Assembly: GCA_030264375.1 (NCBI GenBank)
Contig: JASCQW010000001.1
Location: 103,273,616-103,337,615 of the forward strand
Reading direction: 5' to 3'
Length of the DNA stretch: 64,000 bases
From: Carcharhinus longimanus
Taxonomy: Eukaryota
Part shown: positions 48,791-61,405 of the stretch, in pieces
How positions within the stretch are numbered: position 1 is the first letter of the stretch
Layout: every line of letters starts with the position of its first letter
Notes under the pieces: model-generated
Told to the model about the DNA's origin: nothing
Database searches by the model: none
The model's input: the letters and a program-made list of their open reading frames with translations, nothing else
Made by a program: the position numbers and the translations under genes

Positions 48791-49984
48791 ACAAGGGTCA
48801 TACTAAAAATGCTGGTAAACATGAGAATTCATGAGCTCTTTTCTACTGTTGTGCTTGCATCTCTCTCTGTGATCACGCTTGATTATACCAATTATGCCAA
48901 ATGCTCTTTTTAATTGGCAACAAAACACCGTATAATCTTAACTGAGGAGACAATGGAATGTTTCAAGAGGCAGTTGGAAACATGAAATCATGGAAGTATT
49001 ATAGATATTAGAAGCAATAGTTAATTTATTTGCATAACAAGTCTACATGCAATGTGTCACATGATACTACAATTGTAGCCAACTTTCTGGTTGGATTAAT
49101 GATTGAATAAAAGTCTCTCTTGCTGTGTGTTGACAGCCATTTTGAATCAATTTGGATTGAAATTGGATCAGACTCCATGTTTAGGACCATGTGCTTCACA
49201 TACTCACTAAGAGTCAAATCACAGGAAGAAGTTGATAATATTGTTTTGATAGATTAATATGTAAATAGTCTTTACAAATAATGATAGAACAGCACATTTA
49301 TGTATTTCAGTCCTGTCACCAGGCATGCAAGTATCAACGTGGTATTGACAACTAAATTCAATATGGTTTCAAATCATAAAACAAACACAATGATCAATTT
49401 AGCAGAGAAGGGGCATGTGCTCTATTGGCAAGGGCATTTGGGCAGCTGCTAAATTGATAGGGGCCTATTTTTAGGCACTTCTGTTGGCTGCCTGGAACAA
49501 GCAAAGGCTTCATTTCAACACTGAAAAGATATCCTGCGCCCGATGCAGACTGGACTCTCACATTTGTTGAGACAGTTAGCTTGATCTGATTCGTATTCCT
49601 GATTTTGGAGATGTCTGTCTGAGATTTCTCCTGCCCCAACTCAGATGCGATTTTACAGTGAGGCAGGGCAGGACTACAGATTGGAAGCCCACCCTAGTCC
49701 CCTTAAATGGCCAATTAATAGTGCTGGTAGTCAAGTCCCCAGCATCCAAAAAATAGGGGCCTTGGTAGTTTTGATGTATTTTGTGGAATTGGCAGTCGTA
49801 GGATTGCTCCACTTGGATCTACAAAATAAATGCTGATCTCCATCTGCTCCTTATATACTGATCCATGATCCTTGGGCCCAGATAGACAAACTATATGAGG
49901 GACCCGAGTGGTGCCCATAGCTCAGGTGAGTTATGGTAATGAGACCCAAAGACAAATCTAGTTTGTTGCTTTCTGTTCTGCCTC

Positions 49985-50295
49985 ACAACACTGGTATCAC
50001 AACCCATGGACCGCAATCAATAAAGATAAGCAACAACACCTCCTCCATGATCATCCTCACCAGAGGTACCCCATAAGGCTGTGTTCTCAGCCCTCTACTA
50101 TACTCCTTATATACCTATGACTGTGTAGTCAAACTCCCCTCCAACTCAATTTTCAAGTTTGCTGATGACACCAGCGCAATGGATTGGATCTAAAATAATA
50201 ATGAGATAGAGTACAGGAATGAGATAGAGAATTTGGTGAACTGGTGCAATGACAATAATCTCCCTCAATGTCAACAAAATGAAGGAGATAATCAT
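49985..50295 (+). mobile_element. Rex1/Babar LINE RT fragment
   Basis: PQSIKISNNTSSMIILTRGTP*GCVLSPLLYSLYTYDC..NSIFKFADDT..EIENLVNWCNDNNL. Confidence 0.8.
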
Positions 50296-50395
50296 NNNNN
50301 NNNNNNNNNNNNNNNNNNNNNNNNNNNNNNNNNNNNNNNNNNNNNNNNNNNNNNNNNNNNNNNNNNNNNNNNNNNNNNNNNNNNNNNNNNNNNNN

Positions 50396-50625
50396 CCACC
50401 TATTTACCCCAGCTAGTCCCCCTGACATTAAGGAGCAATTTTTAGCATGGCCAATCAATCTAACCCGCACATCTTTGGACTGTGGGAGGAAACCAGAGCA
50501 CTTGGAGGAAACCATGCAGATATGGGGAGAATGTGCAGATATACACAGACATACTAGATAGTTTCTGATATCTGAGGCTGGAATTGAACCTGGGTTCCTG
50601 GCACTGTGAGGCAGCAGTGTTAAAC
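50396..50625 (-). mobile_element. HE1 / V-SINE
   Basis: Reverse V-domain (aacccgcacatctttggactgtgggaggaaacc) and head. Confidence 0.8.
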
Positions 50626-51054
50626 ATGAACATCAATGCTTATTGCAATTCTCCATGTAGAAACAACACAGTAAATGGTGCTTTTGACCTCTTGCAGAGT
50701 AAATCCAGCGCTTGAAGTGTTAACCAGCCAGTATGTCACTTGTGTATCACCAGCCTTTGTTCATCTAATGAGATTCTGCATTGTGGATCAGTTCTTGGCG
50801 TTTGAGCATTGAGTCCAGTGCTTCCAGAGGCTGAATGTTGCAACCTTTAAAGCAAATATGCACAAGATTAAATTCTGATAGATTGTTTACTAAAAAAACT
50901 CTCACTGTGATATAAATATCTGACAACCGCAATACTCTGTCTCTGAGATTGACAGATTTCTATTAACTGAAGGTTTTGTGGGACATGAAGGGTGGTAAAT
51001 GACATTGGGGCATAGATCAGACTTACTTCTGTTCCCATATTTCAGAGCTATTTT

Positions 51055-51372
51055 TATTAATTGTTCCATGGGGTGTGGGCTGGGCCAGTATTTATTGCCC
51101 ATCCCTAATTTTAAGAGTCAACCACATTGCTGTGAATCTGGAGTTACATATTGGCCAGACCAGATAAGGACGGCAGATTTCCTTCCCTATAGGACATTAG
51201 TGAACCGGATGGGTTTTACAACAATTAACAGTGGTTTCATTGTCATTATTAGACTTTTTTAAAAATTGCAGATTCTTATTGAATTCAAATTTCACCATCT
51301 GCTGTTGCGGGATTTGAACCTGGTCCCCTGATTACTAGTTCAGTGACAATATTGTTACTTCACTGCCTCCCA
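51055..51372 (-). mobile_element. tRNA-derived SINE (same family as 35221-35585)
   Basis: gtatttattgcccatccct..agagtcaaccacattgctg..ggacattagtgaacc..gggatttgaacc. Confidence 0.75.
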
Positions 51373-52590
51373 CAGTAACAGGTCCAGTGACTCAGCTACA
51401 CCAAGAGAATTTCTGGCAGTTGTTGCCATCACAGGAACAATAAAAACTTTAAAAACAATTAAATTCTTAACCAAAAGAAAAATCAATAATTTCTTCTATG
51501 GATTGCCTTCAACGGTTCAAAGGAGGCCATTTGACCCTTCAATCCTGTTCTTGCCACGTGATTAGAACACGACTCAAATGTAACTGAACTCCATCTACCT
51601 GCTTTCATATATCTAAATAATCTGGCCTTACAAAAATCTAGCAATCTCAGTTCTAAAATTTTGAATTAACCCACAGCCTCAACAGTTCTGTGAGGGAAGA
51701 GAATTCCCGTATGATGCCTACCCTTTATGTGAAACATAGAAGCATAAAAAAAGGAGCAGGAGCAGGCCATTCAGCCCTTCGAGCCTGTTCCATCATTCAG
51801 AATGATCATCCAACTCAATAACTTGGATGATCAGAAGTATTTGTTGACTTATTTGAAGCTTTAACAATGCAATCTTGGTAGTCAGTAACAGTTTGGAATA
51901 TAATTAAGGAATTCAGATATTTCAGACACAAAATATTGGATACCCAGGTGTGAATGAAGGCATCATAAAATCATCGAACCCCTACAAATGCAGAAGGAGG
52001 CCCATTGAGCCTGGAGTGCAACATCACTAAGGTGCAACATCACTAAGATGCTCAGTTATTTGCGAATGGATTAACAGGCACGCCATTTGCAATCAAATAA
52101 CGGGATCACATCAAAATTCCAAAGATCTGCAATGACAGAATTCTATGAGCTTAATTTTTTTTGTGATACACTGGCTTAAAAATCCAATTTCATAGTATAG
52201 AAATGTACACTGAAACATGAATCATGGAAATGTTGGGATGTGTCTTCATTTGCTTAACATTTGATACTGATTAGAATTTTCCTGCTGGTTTCTTCATTCC
52301 AGTGTTAGTTGTTCCAATTTCTCTTTCTGGCAGGAGGTGGAAATCAAGCCAACCATTGAACTATCACCCACAATGAGCTTTGTATGGATTTGTGTCATTC
52401 CTTGTCCCTGGGCATGTTCGGTTGGATGATACGCTTATCTGGACTGATGTACCAATTTGGGAATACAGGTGGGTAGGCTGTATTTCAAGTGAACTAAGGA
52501 TTTCAAAAGAAGAATGAAAATTCCTGCAGGAGGAAGCTGGTAAAAGTACCAGTTAAATCTGTTGTACTCAGTTAGAATCGTCTGAGATAA

Positions 52591-52712
52591 TGGGTGAGTT
52601 TTTACAGCCTCGCTTGCCCCAAAACTGTAAAATCCTGCCCAAGATCAATGGATATTCCCATTTTCTGCCCCTTGCCTGCTCTGATTCCCTGTGGGGCGGT
52701 AAAATTCCAGTC
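52591..52712. mobile_element. MITE inserted in a CR1 3' end
   Basis: gggtgagtttttacag..ctgtaaaatcctgccc..ggtaaaattccagtc; CR1 (PFRNEIRRNSFAQKVVNLW) resumes at about 52720. Confidence 0.55.
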
Positions 52713-52904
52713 GTTTGTTCAGCCATTTAGGAATGAGATAAGGAGAAATTCCTTCGCCCAAAAGGTTGTGAATCTTTGGATGCACAATTGGCGAGTCAAA
52801 CTGGCTTCTGGGCAATAAGGCAATCAGGAGATATGGGGATGGGATAGGTAAGTGAAGCTAAGGTCAAAGACTAACCATGATTGTATTGAATGAGTGAGTC
52901 TGGG

Positions 52905-53240
52905 CAAAGCAGCCAGCATAATTAAGGACCCCACACACCTTGGACATTCTCTCTTCCATCTTCTTCCGTCGGGAAAAAGATCAAAAATCTGAAGTCACGT
53001 ACCAACTGACTCAAGAGCAGCTTCTTCCCTACTTCCATCAGATTTTTGAATGGACCTACCTCGCACTAAGTTGATCTTTCTCTATATCCTAGCTATGACT
53101 GTAACACTACTTTTTGCACTCTTTTACTGTCCTTCTCTGTGAATGGTATGTTTTGTCTGCTTAGCATGCAAGAAAAATGCTTTTCACTGTACACATATGA
53201 CAATCATGTGACAATAATAAATCAAATCTAATCAAATCAG
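52905..53240 (+). mobile_element. Rex1/Babar LINE 3' end
   Basis: KAASIIKDPTHLGHSLFHLLPSGKR..SRTN*LKSSFFPTSIRFLNG plus aataataaatcaaatc tail; another tail copy lies on the minus strand at about 54225-54362. Confidence 0.8.
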
Positions 53241-54434
53241 GTCCTCTAACCAATGTAGACCATTTGTCTCTCTTAGTAACACATTTCAGTTGAATATACT
53301 TATGGAAGTAAATTGAAATGGGTTAACGTGATCTCCTTCAGTAATAAGCACAATAAAACCAAACTGGACCAAGTAATTCCAGAATACTGATACATATCAG
53401 CTTTAAAAAGCATTGTATAACAATCTTGCCCTTAAATTATAATAAATGCTAGTAAATATTATTCATAATGTACAATTATTAATAATTCAATAACCAATTA
53501 ATGGTCACTACCTGATGCATCATCATTTTGGAAAACCATGGCAGCTGATTTTTCATTTTGAGCATTAAGTGTTCTGTTTTTTTAAAATTCATATTTCAAT
53601 TGTTTTTTGTTTATATATTTTTATCACAATACATGAGACAATTTATTTTTGTTCAATTAATCACATCCAAGATTTTTTCCCCCACTATTTCTTCCAGCTG
53701 AGCATAGTACTAATTCACTTACTAAATTAGAAGTTACTTTGTGTCGTGTGATTTATTTTCATCTTCATCGACTTGTTCATCTGATTTGGTCAGCCATCTT
53801 GTTGTGAGTTCCAGCAATGTTCTCATCTCCTGCCAAGCTCCCATGTGTATTTGTATTGATTGCTTCTTCAGATCCTCCCTCATTTCCTTTCTCTTAACTG
53901 CCTTTCATGCTTGATTAGACTGGTTCATATATCCACAATCTGCTTTTGTGCCTTAGAGCTTTTGTTCCAACTTTGCCAAACTTATTGGACAACACAGCTT
54001 TCCTGACATTTCCAAACCTGTGGTAACTTTCATTTGGTTAAGCCAGGGCCAGAAACAATAATCTTGACTCTGGCTTTGAGAACTGGAATATTGTAACTTC
54101 AGATGATTTTCATTTGGAAACTGTGGACTGATGCTTTGCAGCATTTAAATGTCCATTAAAAACTAATCTGCTGTTGGAGAAGATGGTATGTGAATGATTA
54201 ACAATAAGATAATGAATGGATTAGAATTTGATTTAATATTGTCACATGTATTAGTACACAATGAAAAGTATTGCTTCTCGTGTGCTATTCAGACAAAGCA
54301 TATCATTCACGGAGAAGGAAAAAAGCGCAGAATGTAGTGTTACAGTCATAGCTAGGGTGTAAGATGATCAGAATTCAACAAGATCAGAGTACAAAAAGCA
54401 CCATCAGTGGCCTAAATCATTCATCTCTGATCAT

Positions 54435-54547
54435 GGCTGGGATTTTCCGATGCCACTGAAAGTTAATGGAGTTTTGGCCGGAATGCTCAATTTTCTGTTC
54501 ATGTTCCAATGGGTCCCACCATGGATGAAACTGGAGAATCCTGCCTA
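54435..54547. mobile_element. MITE with TIRs
   Basis: ggctgggattttcc ... ggagaatcctgcc terminal inverted repeats. Confidence 0.55.
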
Positions 54548-54829
54548 ATTTCTTATATCCCTCAATCACTTTGTTTACCAAAAAACTATCCAGCTTGTAA
54601 GGAGACTGCTACTCCTAACTTATGCTGATCCATGATATTTTAAGAGCTTTAACAGTTTTATAATATTCAAAACAATGTAGCAAAAAGTCAAATGTTTAAT
54701 TTAAGATCAATAATAATGCTGCTAAATAACAATACAAATCTTGGTTCAGGACTTTGTCCTGAAGTGTGTAAAATGGTTACAGCTAAAATCATGGTTTCCA
54801 TTGAAAAAAATATAGCCAGCAAAAGTATT

Positions 54830-55280
54830 AACTGTGGCTTAATTGATAGTGCTGTTGCCCATGTCAGATGGTCCTGGGTTTAAGTCACAATTCAGAACTT
54901 GAATACAAAAATGGCAGACTAGTGCAGTGCTGCTAGAGGATTCCTACACTTTTTGAGATCCTTTTCTTCAATTAAAATTTTAAACTGAGGCCCCGCCTGT
55001 CCTTTCAGGTGGTCATAAAAGATTCCATGACACTACCTGAAAGAAGGACAGGGGAGTTATGCCCAGTGCCTTGGTGAAAATATAGCCCTCAATTGGAATC
55101 ACAAAAACAGATCATCGGTCATTGTGAGATTACTGTTTGTCAGAGATTGCTGTGCACAAATTGGCTGCTGGGTTTCCTACATTATAACGATGACTACACT
55201 TTGAAAGCACTTCATCGGCTATAAAGTATTTTGAGATGTCTAGTTGTCATAAAAGGTGCTATACAAGTGCAAGTTTTTTT
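54830..55280 (+). mobile_element. Full-length DeuSINE (SacSINE1/AmnSINE-like)
   Basis: tRNA-like head; Deu domain taaactgaggccc..caggtggtcataaaagattccatg..caggggagtt; tail gctgtgcacaaattggctgc..aaaggtgctatacaagtgcaag. About 150 bp from the exon at 55427. Confidence 0.8.
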
Positions 55281-55426
55281 CTCCCTCAAACTTAAACAAA
55301 AGTATGCATTGTAATATAAGGAATAATTTAGAAAATGTATTTGACCAGACGTTAAGTAATCCATATATCTCTTAAAGAATAATTTAAAAAAACACTTAGC
55401 AATATGTCTACAAACACAATCCTTAC

Positions 55427-55634
55427 CTATCAAACAAGGGCTTCTCACCACAGTCGAAGGCCTCTTGTAACTCCTTAACTAGATTTGCCTGACCAGGTAG
55501 GCGGAAAAGACCCTCTTCCTTTAGTCCTCTCTGGCGAATGAAGTCTGCACACTGTTCCACAAGTGTTGGTGCCATGTGCGTGCCATATCTGCGTTCATAC
55601 CGTACAGTGTCTTCAAGACGTTGACCAAAGATAC
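55427..55634 (-). CDS. ARHGAP24: ARHGAP24 first RhoGAP-domain exon with the arginine finger (208 nt)
   Basis: (G)[68 protein letters not shown](S); catalytic EGLFR intact. gaacag| acceptor and GATAG|gtaagg donor. Absent from the ORF track, so translated by hand. Confidence 0.96.
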
Positions 55635-55756
55635 CTGTTCAATCACAGACACAAAGATGACAACTTAGCCCACAGCAAATGATCCCAGGTGAAGCTAACA
55701 GCTGACCAAACAGACAACAGAGCACAGAAATGCTCGTGATAGAAGATACCACAAGA

Positions 55757-56075
55757 GGAGGCAATGGTGTAGCAGTATTGTGGCTGGACTAATAATCCAG
55801 AGACCCAAGTTCGAATCTCACCCTGGCAGCTGGGGTAATTTGAATTCACTAAAAATCTGGAATTAGAAATCCAATGATGACCTTGAAACCATTGTTGTAA
55901 AAATCCATCCGGTTCACTACTAACTTTCGGGAAGAAAAGCTATCATCCATACCTGGTCTGGCCTACATGTGACTCTAGACCCACAGCAATATGGTTGACT
56001 TTTAAATGTCCTCAGAGAAGAGCAATAAATGGCCAAGCCAATGACAGCCACATCCCATGAACAAATAAAAAAATA
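55757..56075 (+). mobile_element. tRNA-derived SINE inside the short intron after the alternative first exon
   Basis: gaggcaatggtgtagc..gttcgaatctc..ggttcactac..ggtctggcctacatgtgactc..gcaataaatggcc. Confidence 0.75.
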
Positions 56076-56500
56076 TAAAATTACAATAATTAAATCACTA
56101 TTAAATGATCGCACACTAGGTCACCAGATCCAACCTCTGCTCAAAGACATCCCTTTCTGATTTACAGCACCTTAGTCATCCAATTTGTACATTCACTGTA
56201 ATGTGCAAAAACATATGTACTCTGACATGGGGCATTTACTGACAATCTATGGTGGAAAGTTTATTCTTCGTCACAACAAACTAATCAGCAATTAATTGCT
56301 CCATCTAATTTTCTTGTCAAGCTCAATGCATATTTGTTATGATACAGAAGAAAACACTCATAAGCGAGGAGATACCTTTTCATACACTGAAGAAATTTGC
56401 ACGGGTTAAAACATTCAGTCGCAGCCGATGGTTTATGTACAGACTGGCAACCGTCACAGATTTTTAAATAGCTACTGACACACGCTCCAACAAAACTTAC

Positions 56501-56612
56501 CTTTTCTGAAGCTAAAACATCGCTTTATTTTCCTGTAGGTAGTTTTGGGGAAGAAAGTAGGGTATGTCAAAGCACTTGCTGTGCAGAATATAATATTCTT
56601 ATTCTCAGGCAT
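56501..56612 (-). CDS. ARHGAP24: Alternative first coding exon of the short PH-less ARHGAP24 isoform (p73RhoGAP-like)
   Basis: ATG at 56612 gives MPENKNIIFCTASALTYPTFFPKTTYRKIKRCFSFRK(G), 37 codons, then a perfect AAAG|gtaagt donor in phase 1 that joins the next exon (G|GT=Gly, IFGQ). Matches the recalled human short-isoform start MPEDRNSGGCPAGALASTPFIPKTTYRRIKRCFSFRKGIFGQ. Confidence 0.88.
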
Positions 56613-57400
56613 TGCAAAGTGTTGAACTTTGTCTGCGCTGTATACGTTGTCCACATGAGCTATTCTTCAAACTGGACCAGTCACAGTGATTATTAACAGG
56701 TTCCAAAGGCACAAAGAATTATTTTTTTAAAAATGAGATATTTCACAAGCAATTCGCCATCAAAGAAAAGCTTGAAAATCCCACCAGTGTGCTCACTGTA
56801 GTGCCAGACTTCTTCGAGAGGGACGACTTAAAAGCCCTCTGTGAGAAATAACTCCAGCTCTGCAGTCTGTGTCACTCGCTGCCTCCAGCAGTGAAACTGA
56901 GGCAGAAAATATTCGGTCAAAAGGAGAACTGACTTTCACTTGACTTGCAGCTGCAGTCACATGCGGTAGCTTTCCAGCAGGCAATTAATGATCTCTTTGG
57001 CATGCATAGGTGGTGCCAATCCACTAACCCTTCAGAGAGCATTCAATTCGCATCCCCCGACTGCCTCCTTTTCTTTTATGTTGGTCCTGTAGTCTGCCTG
57101 ATCTGCTGTCATTAGTTAAAAGCACAGACTTTTTATATCAATAGAATCTAATCAGGGAGTGAATCTTGTAAGCAAACATGCATGAAAACAATTCTTTCTT
57201 TCTCCCTCATTAGCTTATTTCTTTGGACTGACATTAACTGGCTAGTGTAAGGCCTCTCCCTCTCTCTGAGCTCCCAGCCAGCAAACAATAATGTAATCAC
57301 GTGTAGGTAAATGATTGATAGAGAGGTATGGTCTGTAATCGGAGCTAGCATTCTGTATATGTTAAGTGGAGCAGTGTTGGCAGCAGTTCCTTAGAGTAGA
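56613..57400 (-). promoter_or_regulatory. Putative internal promoter / 5'UTR of the short isoform
   Basis: Stretch with no recognisable repeats directly upstream of the alternative first exon. Minus-strand TATAAAA at 57131-57137 and a CACGTG E-box at 57298-57303. The TSS cannot be fixed from sequence. Confidence 0.45.
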
Positions 57401-58604
57401 GGCAGTATTTTTTCAGCTCCTTTATGAAGGTGAGGGGCATTGCCTAGTACTCACAGGCTAGACACAATGGTCTGATGCTAGATGACTGATCAAAATGTCA
57501 CTTGATTCTCTCAAACATCACTTACACACTTGAGACACCAGCTTGTTGTGTTTTCTGCTGTCACCTTGAATTTGTGCCTAAAACACCTTTACTCACTTTC
57601 GGCTGAAAATATTTGATAAGAGTACAAATTACAGAACAAAACAGTTTTTGGTTCATTGGGCACACAGCCAATTCTTATGTTGAAGAACTTTATATGAAAA
57701 AGAACTGGAGACACAATTCAGCACAATGCCCTGTGCATCACAATTTTCAAACAGTATGTAATCCAGGTGAGAAGGGCAAAAAAAGATTAAAAGCTTAGGC
57801 CCAATATTGAGTGGAAACCAATCAGAAAAATTCCTCCCTGGCTGCTTTATGAGAGTGGAACGAGTACAGGAGACTCCTCTGGACCTGCTGTTTTGTGCCC
57901 CTTTAACTTCTCTTGAGTTTGTGCTGTTGAGAGCTTCCAGTAAACTGCAGGGGTAGGATTTCCAGAGAGGCTTCCCCATCGCCTACTTCAGCAGAAGATT
58001 AGCAGAAACTCCCAGAGGAATGAAGTAATGGCAGGAAATCTGGGAGCCATCTTAGAAATTAGAATTTAAATTTTTAATCTCCACACTAGTTTTACATCAC
58101 TATAACAATATAACAATATTTAATTAATTTCATAGCAGAGAAATACTGACATCAACAGTATAAAGTGTATTATAATATTCAAGTCACAAGGGATGCCGAG
58201 GATAATTTGCTTAAGCAATTTAGATTTTCTTGTAAGGATCAATTTCAATGACCAATTCGACAAAGTGCATCAGAGGAGAACCAGGCTCCTGACCTGAGCA
58301 CATAATCTTCCAGAGAGCCCTGATTTGGAGACAGTGGGTAGACAAAGCTTACACACCTAGTGAACTAATGGAGCGGCAATGGATGGAAGAGGGAATCTGT
58401 GGGAATGTGCTCAGTCTAAGTCAACAGGAACCTTAAAGGACCAGGGACTGCAAAACCTTTGTGAAAGAAACAGGTGAGTTAATTTGCTTGCAGTGATTCG
58501 CACAAATATTGCAGCTGCAGGTGCCCTCTCGGCTGAGAAATTTGCCTGAGGGTTTCCAAGGTCAATTCAATGGCTTACTCATTGGAATGGTGATTGGCCT
58601 AAGT

Positions 58605-59040
58605 CTTAGCTTTTATTGGTAGAGGGATTGAATTTTGGAGCCGTGAGGTCATGTTGCAACTGTACAAAACTCTGGTATGGCCGCACTTGGAGTATTGCGT
58701 ACAGTTCTGGTCGCCGCATTATAAAAAAGATGTGGAGGCATTGGAAAGGGTGCAGAGGAGGTTTACCAGGATGTTGCCTGNNNNNNNNNNNNNNNNNNNN
58801 NNNNNNNNNNNNNNNNNNNNNNNNNNNNNNNNNNNNNNNNNNNNNNNNNNNNNNNNNNNNNNNNNNNNNNNNNNNNNNNNTGTGGACTCGCCAACTTTAA
58901 GGGCGTTCAAATGGTCAGTGGATAGGCATATGGATAACATTGGAATAGTTTAGGTTGGAGGGTCATTAGATTGGTTCCACTGGTTGGCGCAACATTGAGG
59001 GCTGAAGGGCCTGTACTGCGCTGTAATGTTCTATGTTCTA
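58605..59040 (+). mobile_element. Young CR1 LINE 3' part
   Basis: [43 protein letters not shown], then a gap, then the tail gttctatgttcta. Confidence 0.88.
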
Positions 59041-59058
59041 ACCAGTATACAACAAAGT

Positions 59059-59990
59059 AGGGTGTGTTTATCCCATGAGCGCAGCGGGCTGGGAAAATCA
59101 ATCAGTGGCCATTTCTCAGGCTTCCCACTGGGCATTATAGCCTCTGCGAGTCTCTGGCTGTCAGATTTCCACTGCCATCAGCTCCGCACCAGAAATCAGC
59201 GTGGAGCTGTATAATTTATGCTAGCGGTGATTAGCAGGCCTGGGACTGAAGTCTCCGGGCCCACGAGTGTCTCCCCGCTTTACTCCAGTGGGGTTTACAA
59301 TACCTCCCTAGTAGCGGGAACTGGCACCTTGATCTTGCTGGAGTGAAGGGGATGCCATAGAGGCCCCCAGGAAGTCAGCAGTAAAGGGCGGGGGTGCCCT
59401 CTGGGCATTGCCATCTTGGCAGTGCCATTCTGGCCTCTTGGCAATGCCAGGGGCATCTTGGCACTACTCACCAGGCATTGGGCAGTGGCAAGGGATGGGG
59501 CAATCGGTGTGGGTGGGAGACTCCTGCTGTCACTGTGCAGAGGGAGAGGGCCAGCAATCGGGACTGGCCATCAAGGTGGAGGAGTGTCAGCCTACTGGTG
59601 GGGGGAGGGGGCGGGGGGGTGTTGAGGGGTTGGGACTCCAGGCAGGGTGTACAGGGCTGCAGGGGGTACAGGTGGAGAGAGTGGGCTCGAGGCTGGTGGC
59701 CTAGACATGTCAGGGGGTGAGGCAGGGCGGGGATATAGGGAAGGGTGGCAGCAATTAGGAGGTTGGCAGTGTGGGCCTAGTGTGTGTGTGTCGATCTCGC
59801 ATGAGCACTGGCACACTCAGTGCTAGGCTGCCAACCTCCCCTGATTTTTAGTATGAATCGTGCTAGTGCATGTGCAGTGCACAGAGTGTGGAGATTTATT
59901 TTGAAACTCCCACTGAAAAATCAATGTGATTTACTCCAGCTTTTATGTGAATTCGAAACTTAGAATCTTTTGAGAGAATCACTCCCACGA
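59059..59990. mobile_element. Non-autonomous DNA-transposon-like element (GC-rich, internal palindromes)
   Basis: GC-rich island in AT-rich surroundings with repeated ggcattgcc/ggcagtgcc palindromes and weak terminal inverted similarity. Confidence 0.4.
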
Positions 59991-61269
59991 TCCTTATTCT
60001 GCAGAATGAATCTTAAAGTATCTTTCTTCCAGGTGGCCCAAAGGAGATTTGTTGTCCTTTATATGATCCAATCTCCTGTTGCCTTACTGTAATATCAAAA
60101 ACAATAAATTCTTTAGCCCCTCTTTAAAATGTGTTGAGGAATCTATGACCACAGGCAGCCTGATGTATATGGCAGAGATCACCCGAGATTAACTGAAATG
60201 TGCCACTGTCACTAAGGTTGAGTGTTCTGGTCACCATCAGCTTCACAGGGTTCCCAAGCAATTATAGCTAAGTATTTAGGGGAAGCATTCAATTGTTAAT
60301 GTTGAGTTTGGGTAAGTATTTTATTTATTGGCCAGTATTTTTATTGGTTTATTTGTTTAGTAATTAAGGTATAGTTTTAGTGGTTGGAGTTGCGTTTTCA
60401 TGTTAGCTAGTTAAATAGTCTTAAAGCTGCCTAAGGAATATGAAATCGTTGATAACTAACAAAACAGAACAGTGTGGCTCACATTTTGTGTATCATGTGT
60501 CATGGATGGAATGTATGTTGTACTACATGCAATCATTATGATTTATATGGAAGGAGGTGTGTCTTTTTGAAACTCGGACTGTGTACATCAATTAAATAAT
60601 TCAGCACCAAGCTTTTTTAAGTTTAAAATAAAAAAGGTTATTTATTCTTATACACCCTGAATTAATGCAAAATCGCATACTTGGTCTCATGCACACACAG
60701 GCAAAGATTGGATATATTTAAAGATGTGCCTTTTTATGGATTGCAGTAAACTCAGTCTCTGATTTATGATTTCTGGTTTCCAATGTGGCAGGCCTGTGGT
60801 TTCTTGAATGGATGTGAAAGGGTTCACAGCAGGTTGTGAGACTTCTTGTAGTCAAACATCTAAGAGGTTGATATCCAGGCAAACTTTGAAATTGGAACAG
60901 GTTAAGTACTTTGGCTGCTTGATGACTTGCAGCTAGTTTTAGAGTCTGGTTCTGCTAAAGCCCACATAGTCTAGTTTGGATAGGGAAGGTGATCATGATA
61001 GAATGGAAAGTTGATAATGGGCATTAAATTTTGATCTTCTCTTTTGTCTAGTGTGAAACATTGAGACAAACAGTCTGGAAGCTCAATATTCTTTAGGTGT
61101 TGGCTCATCCATAAACAAAATACGGCTGCAAAGGGAGAGACAAGAAATAGTAACAATGTGGTTCTTTTAGAGGATTTGATAGTTAGGAAGAATAGACAGT
61201 TGTTTTTGCAGCAACAGACATGAGATGGAAATAGTATGCTGCTTTCTCTATACTTGAAAAGCAAATCAC

Positions 61270-61405
61270 TAATACAAATACAGTGAATGCTAGAATCTGA
61301 AATAAAAACTGAAAATGTGGGAAAAGTTCAGCTGATCTGGCAGTGTAAATAGAGAAAGAAGAACAAGCTAACATTTCAGGCCAATGATCTTTTGTCAGTT
61401 CTATC
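61270..61405 (-). mobile_element. Penelope-like terminus (degenerate)
   Basis: Reverse of ctgacaaaagatcattggcctgaaatgttag...ttttcagtttttatttcagattctagcatt; same family as 4015-4160. Confidence 0.5.

Noticed and set aside
53750-54144. Possible decayed coding sequence (also 10430-10960 and 62100-62530)
   Set aside because: Stops in the frames examined and no recognisable motif; cannot be assigned without a database search.
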